This document shows positions 15,732 through 23,973 of a stretch of DNA of 26,310 nucleotides, piece after piece. The notes under the pieces were generated by a model that made no database searches, was not told where the DNA came from, and saw only the letters and a list, made by a program, of their open reading frames with translations. The stretch spans positions 1 through 26,310 of the IMG/VR virus record IMGVR_UViG_3300014775_001835. One strand, given 5' to 3'. Each line of letters starts with the position of its first letter. The stretch's first letter is position 1. The stretch comes from a virus. Taxonomy: Duplodnaviria; Caudoviricetes. Position numbers and translations under genes: made by a program.

Positions 15732-17615
15732 TCATTCATCTAATAATTGTGATTCATCCAACATTGTTCCGGAATCTTTATCAACTTCGGTTTTGTTCAA
15801 TGTCTCTTGCAATATAGATGATGTTTTAACATTTGTTTTTAGTGATTGGATAAATGCTTTTGTATTAACATTTTCCATACTCAATGGAGACCCGCCTTTA
15901 TATTGTTGCTGTAATGGCGATGAGTCTTGAGCAAATGTTTTGCTAAGTTGCTTTATAGCTAGCGGATCTCTGCCGTTAGGCGAATTAGGCGTGCCCCATG
16001 TGCCTGGCTCTTTAGGCCTTCCAGGGCCGGCGACATGTTCTTGTTCCTGACCTGGCAACAAACCTCCTTTGTTTGCTACGTGCATCGATGCAATATCATG
16101 CGGCGTTCCAAAACTCATATTTGTTTTCTTTGGATCATTACCTTCCGATTTGATCTGTTCCTTTCTAAACGCTTCTTTCAAGTCTTCAATAACCTGTTCT
16201 TGTTCTGCAGTCCATTCATCTTGGCTCAATCCAAATACATTTTCATAGATCCAACGTTCTGAGAATAACAATGATTCTTTAAGTGTATTTGCTAATCCTA
16301 TTCTTTCGTTTAACGTTTCAATTTTTTGCTTTTCGTAAATTAACGATGGATTTGTAAGATCTAATTTAAAGTTAACAAGATCTTCATCTTGAAAGCCTTG
16401 CGAATATAAATGTACTATAGCAATCTTTGTAAGTTCAGAACAGAATATCTTTTGGATTCTTTCAATTGTTCTTGCAAATCTAACATCCTCTGCTGCCAAT
16501 GTAGCCTTACCTTCTACTCCTTCATCATATCCTAAGAATGCCTTTGGTATTCTTAATGCAGCATGCATTTTATTTCTCAAGTAATCAATATCTTCGATCT
16601 GACCGTCATTGCCTAAACCAGGAAGTGATTCGATACTCGTTCCGGATTCTCCTCCGCGTACCGGTAAATAATAATCTTCCATCATGTTCTGCATATTGAA
16701 CTTAAGATTATAATCTCCCGTCCTCTCATCTACATATGGAACCTTTTTCATTTTATTAACGATAGTCTGCATATGCTGATCAACTTCGCCCGGAGGAATG
16801 TTACCTACATCAATCTTAAAAATACGACGCTCCGGGGCACGCATTATACGATGTATTAACATTGCATCTTCCATTAGTGATAATTGCTTAAATATTTTTC
16901 TAGCAGGCTCAATCATTGACTTACCGTATGGAAGGAAGTTAGTATCGGATAACAAACGGAAGTGTGCTATTTCATAATTTTCAAATTCTTGTTGCTGGCC
17001 GGCGCCTCTAGAAGAACCGTACATAGTATTTGACCCTTCAAAAAAGAATTTATATGCATACGGATTTTGTTCATCGAATCCCTCTTCGCGTCTGATTTCA
17101 TATGCCGATAAAGGTGTTACATTAACAATGCCAATCTCCTCCTCAATATCTAAATGCAAAAAGAAATCGCCATACTTACATGCATTACGAATCCATGGCC
17201 ATAGATTATAGTCTATATTAAGAATATCATAGAACAAGTTACGTAATACTTTTCTAATTTCATCATTAGGTGATGTAATTGTAAGCGTATCCCCATCATT
17301 ATCTTTTACAGTTGATTCATCTGCGTAAATGTCAAGTGCTGAAGAAATGATCGGGTCCATATCCATAGCCTCATAGTCAGAAAATAGTTCTAATTTAGAA
17401 GTATAAAACGTATAGTTTTGGTTGTATGTAGCAGTTCCGCCCATGCCTCTATGCATGCCGGAAAATCTATCTACATATCTGTTATTAGATACTGCACCTG
17501 ACGATTGCATTTTGTTTGTATCAATCGCTCTTAGGCGATTTTTTGAAATGCGACGAACTACTACGTTAGTAGAAAATAATCTACCTAATCTAGCCCGTAA
17601 TGATGTATCTGCCAT
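15732..17615 (-). CDS. Portal protein (T4 gp20-like)
   Basis: ALDIYADES, LMEDAMLIHRIMRAPERRIFKIDVGNIP, MMEDYYLPVRGGESGTSIESLPG, ALRIPKAFL, EDVRFARTIERIQ. Confidence 0.96.
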   Translation of the reverse strand: MADTSLRARLGRLFSTNVVVRRISKNRLRAIDTNKMQSSGAVSNNRYVDRFSGMHRGMGGTATYNQNYTFYTSKLELFSDYEAMDMDPIISSALDIYADESTVKDNDGDTLTITSPNDEIRKVLRNLFYDILNIDYNLWPWIRNACKYGDFFLHLDIEEEIGIVNVTPLSAYEIRREEGFDEQNPYAYKFFFEGSNTMYGSSRGAGQQQEFENYEIAHFRLLSDTNFLPYGKSMIEPARKIFKQLSLMEDAMLIHRIMRAPERRIFKIDVGNIPPGEVDQHMQTIVNKMKKVPYVDERTGDYNLKFNMQNMMEDYYLPVRGGESGTSIESLPGLGNDGQIEDIDYLRNKMHAALRIPKAFLGYDEGVEGKATLAAEDVRFARTIERIQKIFCSELTKIAIVHLYSQGFQDEDLVNFKLDLTNPSLIYEKQKIETLNERIGLANTLKESLLFSERWIYENVFGLSQDEWTAEQEQVIEDLKEAFRKEQIKSEGNDPKKTNMSFGTPHDIASMHVANKGGLLPGQEQEHVAGPGRPKEPGTWGTPNSPNGRDPLAIKQLSKTFAQDSSPLQQQYKGGSPLSMENVNTKAFIQSLKTNVKTSSILQETLNKTEVDKDSGTMLDESQLLDE

Positions 17616-17631
17616 GTTAAGACTCGTTTTT

Positions 17632-17641
17632 TATAAATATC
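17632..17641 (-). promoter_or_regulatory. Putative late promoter motif GATATTTATA
   Basis: Overlaps the terminase TGA; upstream of the portal ATG. Confidence 0.6.
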
Positions 17642-19211
17642 AGAGCAGCCACTTTAAGCCTTCATCATCCTTACCGGCTTTCCAATCCCATGATGTATTC
17701 TGATTAGTGTTCGTGTACACGCCGTGGTCGACCTTGCCAAAGTAGCCCAATGACTTTCTAGAAAGTTCAATTCCTTGTTGACGCAATCTTAATGCTGTAT
17801 CACGCACCCATAATGCAATCCCAAAAGACATTACAAGGTCGTCATTGTATCCATGCTGGGCTTCTGCTCTTTGGCCATTCCATATAAATACAAATAACTC
17901 ATCAATAAGTCGTTTACTATGTACTACCGGCGACTTTTCTCTAAAGTATGTCTCTAATTTAGAAATGACCAATGGTCTAGTTTTTGATGTAGTCGAAAAT
18001 CCGGGTACTTGCTGTGCTTTACTTTTTAGGTCATAGCCTTTAGATAAATGTATATGTTCATCTACATACGCATCTTGCTTGTACGAGTAGTACAAGTTTT
18101 CGTAGCCGCGGTCAATTGCTACTTGTATAGCTGCCCACCCGATGTTTGCATTTTCAATTACTAGCAATGCCTTGTTCCATTCCGTTGCAACTGATACTAG
18201 CATATTACCGTATTCCGTAGTACCTATCTTTCCTTTATATTCTGCAACTTGGGTCATGTTCTCTACTTCAATTACATGAAATGCAGAATAGTCTGCTCCA
18301 TCGCCTCGAGCAACGTCAGCAACTACTACATAATCTTTTGTATAATCCGGATACTCCCATATCCAATAATTTGCATCAAAGCCGCGTTTCTCAATTGGAT
18401 CCTTTACATAGGTCTGTTCATACCATTGTAATATAGGACCATCGACTACAGTATGGCCGGAGGTGATAAAGTCACAATCACATTCTTGCGCAGCATGTTT
18501 TTCGCCTAACAGTTCTGTCTGCTGTTCTCGCCACGTTTGATTACGTTCGGGATGGACGGTCCAGTGTAGTATTGTAGGAGTAAATCCTACGCCAGCTTCT
18601 GCATCGACCCATGTTTTATGAAACCAGTTACCAGTACCGTTAGGAGTAGAAAGTGCTACACAGCCTCCGCCAGTTGCTAATGTTTGTTGGGCCGATGCCC
18701 AAATCTCATCAATATTCTTAATAAACGCAGCCTCATCAATAACAAGTAATGACAATGCTTCAGAACGGCCGGCAGTACCAGCACTCGAAACAGCTTTTAC
18801 CTGCGACCCGTTCTTAAATCTAAGACTAAGTTTATTATCTTCTAGTGTTTTACCTTTAAGCCAACTAGGCAAATTTTCGTGCATTACACGAATTTTAGTA
18901 ACAAGGTTTTTTGCTACTTCTTGTGTTGTTGCAATTACAAGAACGTTGTAATCTGATTTGAACAACATATTCCATAATACAAATCCGGCAGATAGAGTCG
19001 ATATACCTAACTGTCTAGATTTAAGTATTACATTGTATCGGTTATGCTGTAATGTAGTTAATGTCTCTGCTTGAAACGGATACAAATTAAAATACATCTT
19101 ACCTTTAGTAGGGTGTTGGATAACACAATACTTACGCATAAAATGTACCGGGTCCTGAGCACATTTTTTGTACTCTTCTCCTATTATTTGTTTTAAATTT
19201 TTTTGCGGCAT
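17640..19211 (-). CDS. Terminase large subunit (T4 gp17-like)
   Basis: LYPFQ, Walker A LKSRQLGIST, Walker B IDEAAF, coupling motif LSTPNG, and RNase H-fold nuclease motifs VADVARG, IENAN, NDDLVMS. Confidence 0.96.
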   Translation of the reverse strand: MPQKNLKQIIGEEYKKCAQDPVHFMRKYCVIQHPTKGKMYFNLYPFQAETLTTLQHNRYNVILKSRQLGISTLSAGFVLWNMLFKSDYNVLVIATTQEVAKNLVTKIRVMHENLPSWLKGKTLEDNKLSLRFKNGSQVKAVSSAGTAGRSEALSLLVIDEAAFIKNIDEIWASAQQTLATGGGCVALSTPNGTGNWFHKTWVDAEAGVGFTPTILHWTVHPERNQTWREQQTELLGEKHAAQECDCDFITSGHTVVDGPILQWYEQTYVKDPIEKRGFDANYWIWEYPDYTKDYVVVADVARGDGADYSAFHVIEVENMTQVAEYKGKIGTTEYGNMLVSVATEWNKALLVIENANIGWAAIQVAIDRGYENLYYSYKQDAYVDEHIHLSKGYDLKSKAQQVPGFSTTSKTRPLVISKLETYFREKSPVVHSKRLIDELFVFIWNGQRAEAQHGYNDDLVMSFGIALWVRDTALRLRQQGIELSRKSLGYFGKVDHGVYTNTNQNTSWDWKAGKDDEGLKWLL

Positions 19212-19219
19212 TATAACTT

Positions 19220-19250
19220 ATAATATACCAAATAAAATGCGTATTTCAAA
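19220..19250 (-). promoter_or_regulatory. Bacteroidota primary-sigma-type promoter upstream of terminase
   Basis: TTTG-N19-TATATTAT; same architecture as the site upstream of bS21. Confidence 0.45.
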
Positions 19251-19251
19251 A

Positions 19252-19863
19252 TTATTGAAACTTTCTGCGGATATCTGCTTTAAGCTTTTCATAATCTTCT
19301 TCTATTTTTTTAGTATACGCAGTTATATCCATTTCGCCAAACTCGCCATCGGCATTCTGCCAATATGTTTCCGTAAGTTGATGTTTTAATATTTCTACTT
19401 CTTTATCAGCATCTTTAAACCAGCCTTCCGCATTTTCAGACATAATACGATTTTCATATTCGCGCCATGCATCCGGTCCTTGGTTTCGGATCGCAGTTTC
19501 TTCTTTTAAAACACACCCGAAGCATTTTTTACGTCTAAACCAAAACTTAAAATTTAACGCTCGCTCTTCATTGCGCATTTCCGAGTTACATTCTGGACAT
19601 TTGTCCGGGACTCGCAATGCGTCTTTAATCGAATCCATAACGCTATTTTTAGGCTTGCGACTACGAAATCCGTCGTGCTGTGTTACTACATATACAGTGC
19701 CGCCAGGCGAAGTTTCTTCCCATGAATCGCCGACTTCATGTCGCTGATTTTTCTTAGCAACACTTTTTGCATCAGAATAACCAAATGTCTTTCTAGTCTG
19801 TGTTTTATGAGTGCCGGACAGCATTTCGCGTACGGCTTTGACATTTTGTAACTTATTACCCAT
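19252..19863 (-). CDS. Hypothetical protein with CxxC...CxxC zinc-binding motif
   Basis: CPEC...CFGC; directly upstream of the large terminase. Confidence 0.7.
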   Translation of the reverse strand: MGNKLQNVKAVREMLSGTHKTQTRKTFGYSDAKSVAKKNQRHEVGDSWEETSPGGTVYVVTQHDGFRSRKPKNSVMDSIKDALRVPDKCPECNSEMRNEERALNFKFWFRRKKCFGCVLKEETAIRNQGPDAWREYENRIMSENAEGWFKDADKEVEILKHQLTETYWQNADGEFGEMDITAYTKKIEEDYEKLKADIRRKFQ

Positions 19864-19866
19864 ACG

Positions 19867-20388
19867 TTATAATTCTTTTATTGTCATACGAAGCTTACGC
19901 TTTGCTGTATCATCTAAAGGCAGACCTTTCAAAAAATTCATAACAAACTCGTGCTGCTTTGCAGCTGGTTGAGACTCTAATGCTTTTTTAAGATTGACGA
20001 ATGCTTGCGTATTAGCTAACTTTTCAGCCTTTCCTGCTAATGCGCCAGACAATTCACCTTCATCTTCTTCTCTAATACCTTCAACCGGTGCCTTCTCGAT
20101 GCCGCTCAATGAACGTTGTACACGCTGCTTAATAACATTAAAATCATATGAATCAATACCAATTTGTTGCAACAATGCTACTAACATATCAATTTTGAGC
20201 GTTTTAGGAAGTCTAGCTAATTTATTCGTATCAATTGCACTTAAAATTCTATCTAACTGCCGGCCGCGGCCGCCGAATGAACTGCGCACTCTGCTTCCAA
20301 CTTGACCTAAAAAAGATCCTGCAGGAGCTTCGTTCAACGCACGCTTAATTTCTAAACGTATGGCTTTGCGTAATGTATCGTTTTTCAT
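19867..20388 (-). CDS. Hypothetical helical protein (possible internal head protein)
   Basis: 173 aa; N-terminus LRKAIRLEIKRALNE; preceded by CATATTTATT. Confidence 0.7.
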   Translation of the reverse strand: MKNDTLRKAIRLEIKRALNEAPAGSFLGQVGSRVRSSFGGRGRQLDRILSAIDTNKLARLPKTLKIDMLVALLQQIGIDSYDFNVIKQRVQRSLSGIEKAPVEGIREEDEGELSGALAGKAEKLANTQAFVNLKKALESQPAAKQHEFVMNFLKGLPLDDTAKRKLRMTIKEL

Positions 20389-20402
20389 GTTATGCCTTTT
20401 TT

Positions 20403-20412
20403 AATAAATATG
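20403..20412 (-). promoter_or_regulatory. Putative late promoter motif CATATTTATT
   Basis: Intergenic ATATTTATW copy. Confidence 0.55.
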
Positions 20413-20419
20413 TATTGGG

Positions 20420-22702
20420 TCAGGTAAACTTCTGTGTTTTGTCAAGGCTAAAGTTTGCCCTACTAAATTCTATACGATCGACAAATTTAACGCCGGAGCC
20501 GATATGATCTACGGCAACGTACCCTTCTGGCGCAGTAGCGCGCAAACCACCAGACCCGTCATCTATAAAGTGCTTTGTGTTGTATACTGCGTTATTGTAT
20601 TTTTTGACAAAAATTAGTTTTGCGTCTGATATTAATCTAGATAGAGTAAATAGATTAACAATATCAGCCCGGCGTGACATTATCATTTGCATTTTAGCTT
20701 CGCCTTCCTGCTTAGCACGTTCTTTACCTTTAAGAGATTTCAATCCCTCTATTCTTTTGTCAATACGTGCTTGCATCCAAGCTTGAAACTTATTGAACGA
20801 TAAAGCCGGATTTTTAACAAACTCTCCGGTTTTTATTTCTGAGTTAAGGTATATGTTTAATTCTGCACTTGGAAGATCTTGATAATTAATTTTAAGCGCA
20901 TCTGCTCGTTTAATTAGTGAAGCAACTTCTTTACCTTCTGCAGCTGTCAAAGTAACATAGCCAGTATTGTCATCAAAAAACGCATCATCAAACCAAACAT
21001 TAGGAGTACGCTTTAGTTTACTAACATCGGCGCCGAAAGATGCTCCGGAAGTCAATGACTCATATGTAGTATGAAAAACAATGCCCATTTTAGCTCTGCT
21101 TATATCTTTACCTAAATCCGAATCTACTTCCGCGGCATATGTAATTGTATTTGGACGAAATGCTATGTGCTGAACTCCGTCAATTTGACGTGTTCTTTTC
21201 ATTGAATCGTCAAACATAAAGTCACCTTGCAAAATATTCTTAATACCTAATGCCGGCAGATACTTTAATGCTATTGTTAGTTTATCAGCCAATCCGGGAG
21301 CATGTCCATGGTTAGCAGCAATATCATCATTTGTATAGTTAATCTTAGGTTCTTTATTAAAGATTGACTTTGTCCCTACAAAGAACTTACCGTTATCCGG
21401 ATTGATGCCGGCAAATATTGCAGGCGCGCCGTCCCATTTAACTGAAGTATTTACTTTAGCATTTGAATTGCCTTTGAGATTTTTAAGCAGTTCTAGTAAA
21501 AAGAATCTAGCTTGTTTATATCCCTCCTCCCCCTGAGTAAGAACTAGTTCTTCTAAATGTGTTAAGTGAGTATTGGCTTTTGCCTCGCCTAAGATTTCTT
21601 CTGTAATAGATGACCACCATTCGGTAGATAATATCTGCTCTTGAACTAACGGTTCGGGACTGCCTGGTTCTGATTTACTACTATCGATAGCATCTTCCGC
21701 GCCCAGGAAATTTAAAAATTTATATCCTACCTGTTGTGCAACTCGCTCGATATATTTTGCCCATTCTCGATAGCCAGGCTTACCTCGTAATGCATTAGTA
21801 TAGTTTGTACCGGCATTTTTTGCGCCGGCGTCGCCTACGGGAAAATATGACACTGACATAGGCGGACCGTCCGGAAATTCTGTATCGTGAACTTCTATAG
21901 GATTGTCTTTTATAATGTAATTGAGTACTGTAAATCCTAACCTCTGCGCCATGGCGTTATTTTTAGCTCTGTATGTAGCTTGGTTGCCGTAAAAATATCT
22001 AGGGCCATCATCTACCACAGACTTACCTAACGGTAAATTACTACTAGCTTCGACTAAAAATCGTTCTATGGATTCATTGACTACTTGCGAAAATTTTTTA
22101 CGTAAAAGGTTGTACACCTTCGGGTCAAAGAATCCCATGATACTACGGAAATCGTCCGGAGTTGCTGCCGCAAGTGCTTGACGTAAAACCGTTCCGGACA
22201 TCTCCCCAAATCCGGGAACATCCAAAGATACATGAGGTGCCACATATAAGTACCCATGTTTTGTATACGGCTGTAAATTGTTTTTGTTTTTATCATAATA
22301 TTGAAAATATCCCGGTTCGCCGTTTTTCTTTAATCCTACACGAAATCTAGGATCTTCCATCATATCTTTTTTACCTACGGCGAATAATACTGCGGTTGTT
22401 TCTGGATCGTACTTGCTAGTTATTTCAACGGATTGGTATGGATTCTTAACTTGAACTACGTTAGTAATTCCATGTTGTCTCATTACCATTTGCTTTTCTT
22501 TAAAGCTTAATGGCGATTTAGGTAAACTAACTTTATCAGATGTTGCAATGTATGTGTTCGACTTTCCAAATTTACTTGCAAGTTTTTTGTAAACTTCTGC
22601 ATGGTGTTGACCCATTGGCTGAAATCTGCCTGGATAAATTACAATAACATTTTTAATATTACTTTCTGATAATATCTGTTCTGCTAACCAATCACCTAAC
22701 AT
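20420..22702 (-). CDS. Fusion: N-terminal HIGH-superfamily (cytidylyltransferase-like) domain, middle domain, and C-terminal DUF6267-like ligase-fold domain
   Basis: IYPGRFQPMGQHH...PLSFKEK...SGTVLR in the N-terminus; NTHLTHLEEL, SVKWDGAPA, FFVGTKS, LQGD, FRPNTITY, GIVFHT, PEGYV and VKFVDR.EFSRANF in the C-terminus. Confidence 0.75.
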   Translation of the reverse strand: MLGDWLAEQILSESNIKNVIVIYPGRFQPMGQHHAEVYKKLASKFGKSNTYIATSDKVSLPKSPLSFKEKQMVMRQHGITNVVQVKNPYQSVEITSKYDPETTAVLFAVGKKDMMEDPRFRVGLKKNGEPGYFQYYDKNKNNLQPYTKHGYLYVAPHVSLDVPGFGEMSGTVLRQALAAATPDDFRSIMGFFDPKVYNLLRKKFSQVVNESIERFLVEASSNLPLGKSVVDDGPRYFYGNQATYRAKNNAMAQRLGFTVLNYIIKDNPIEVHDTEFPDGPPMSVSYFPVGDAGAKNAGTNYTNALRGKPGYREWAKYIERVAQQVGYKFLNFLGAEDAIDSSKSEPGSPEPLVQEQILSTEWWSSITEEILGEAKANTHLTHLEELVLTQGEEGYKQARFFLLELLKNLKGNSNAKVNTSVKWDGAPAIFAGINPDNGKFFVGTKSIFNKEPKINYTNDDIAANHGHAPGLADKLTIALKYLPALGIKNILQGDFMFDDSMKRTRQIDGVQHIAFRPNTITYAAEVDSDLGKDISRAKMGIVFHTTYESLTSGASFGADVSKLKRTPNVWFDDAFFDDNTGYVTLTAAEGKEVASLIKRADALKINYQDLPSAELNIYLNSEIKTGEFVKNPALSFNKFQAWMQARIDKRIEGLKSLKGKERAKQEGEAKMQMIMSRRADIVNLFTLSRLISDAKLIFVKKYNNAVYNTKHFIDDGSGGLRATAPEGYVAVDHIGSGVKFVDRIEFSRANFSLDKTQKFT

Positions 22703-22715
22703 ACGATACCTTTGT

Positions 22716-22725
22716 TATAAATATT
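22716..22725 (-). promoter_or_regulatory. Putative late promoter motif AATATTTATA
   Basis: Overlaps the upstream TAA; 13 nt before the ATG at 22702. Confidence 0.6.
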
Positions 22726-23971
22726 AGAACGTACCACCTTCTATCAATCCAAACGACCCAGTGCCACTTACATCCATATTTTTTGACAAATATAAACTTC
22801 CAGTTGTGGCTTGCATATATAATGCGCCTCCCGGATTTTTAGTCATTCTAATATAACTCGGAATGCCAGCATTAAAGTCTTTTATAAACAAAGACGCACT
22901 CATAGCCTGCGCAAATCCAGCTGTTCCGTCTTTTGCGTATTGCCATTCAATTACATCTAATGGCCCAGTGCCCGGGTCTTTGGCTATAGACAGAACTAAT
23001 TTCCCGCGGGCGCCCGATTTATTAACAGCTACAACTTCGCCCTTAAACTTTGCTATAGACCCCGAATCTTGCAACTCTCCAAAACTACCAGACTCGATAA
23101 TAAAATTGATTTCGCCGGCGACGTCGCCTTCTTCTAATGGCGTACTAGTACGTGCAGATCTTAAAATTAATTTTGTGCCATCTGGGCTGTCAGATGTCGA
23201 TCGTAAATCAAACTGTGTTTTCGGATCCGTCGTGCCTACTCCTATTTTACCGGATTCGGAAACAAATAGTATATTTCCGTTACTACTAGAAACAATGAAA
23301 TCACGACTTCTAATACCCGTCAATCCTAATTGTATCGATGATTGGCCTATATCAGGTGTCCCGGTCCCAGGTAGCCCTCTTTCACTAGTTCCAGACCCCG
23401 TCGATCTATTTTTAAGTACAAATCCGTAAGATGACGTCAATTCGCTATTAAATATAATATTTTGAGACTCGCCGGGTCGCCTAGTCGTAATTAGTAGTTT
23501 TTCGTTATTCTGAGTGATATCATATGACGGTATTACTTGACTATGACTAGCCTCCGGCGTAATTTGTAATTTAGCCGTGTAATCTGCAGATATACTCTTT
23601 GATATAGCAGTAAAGGTAGCTGTAGCTACTGCAGTCGCATTATCGCCATGATTAATACTAGCTGTTATAATCTTAAGATATGGTTTATTAATAGACTTCG
23701 GAATATACTTACTAGCCGATATTGTAGAGTTCGATGCAGTTGTATATAATAATACTACACGACGGCCGATATAACTAGAAAATGAGAAAAAACTACCTGT
23801 CTGATCTACGGGCGCTAAGTTACCATTAGTATTGGCCGAACATGTAATTTCATACGATGCGCTAGTAAACGGTACTACGGGTAAATAGTCTTGTACAAGA
23901 CTTCCAGATGGAAGAAAAAAGATCGTCCCATCTCTGATTATAGTTTTATTTTGATATAATTGATTTGCCAT
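22724..23971 (-). CDS. Tail fibre-like virion protein ending IEGGTF
   Basis: Ser/Thr/Gly-rich; GKIGVGTTDP segment typical of fibre shafts. Confidence 0.6.
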   Translation of the reverse strand: MANQLYQNKTIIRDGTIFFLPSGSLVQDYLPVVPFTSASYEITCSANTNGNLAPVDQTGSFFSFSSYIGRRVVLLYTTASNSTISASKYIPKSINKPYLKIITASINHGDNATAVATATFTAISKSISADYTAKLQITPEASHSQVIPSYDITQNNEKLLITTRRPGESQNIIFNSELTSSYGFVLKNRSTGSGTSERGLPGTGTPDIGQSSIQLGLTGIRSRDFIVSSSNGNILFVSESGKIGVGTTDPKTQFDLRSTSDSPDGTKLILRSARTSTPLEEGDVAGEINFIIESGSFGELQDSGSIAKFKGEVVAVNKSGARGKLVLSIAKDPGTGPLDVIEWQYAKDGTAGFAQAMSASLFIKDFNAGIPSYIRMTKNPGGALYMQATTGSLYLSKNMDVSGTGSFGLIEGGTF

Positions 23972-23973
23972 AA

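Noticed and set aside
17883-17890. Extra TATTTATA core inside terminase
   Set aside because: It is intragenic, lacks the preceding A of ATATTTATW and has no nearby start; likely chance.
15732-19211. Introns or inteins in terminase or portal
   Set aside because: Both are continuous, of ordinary length, with motifs in the expected order.
22081-22296. 71-aa minus-strand ORF
   Set aside because: It is nested out of frame within the 760-aa gene and has no independent signals.
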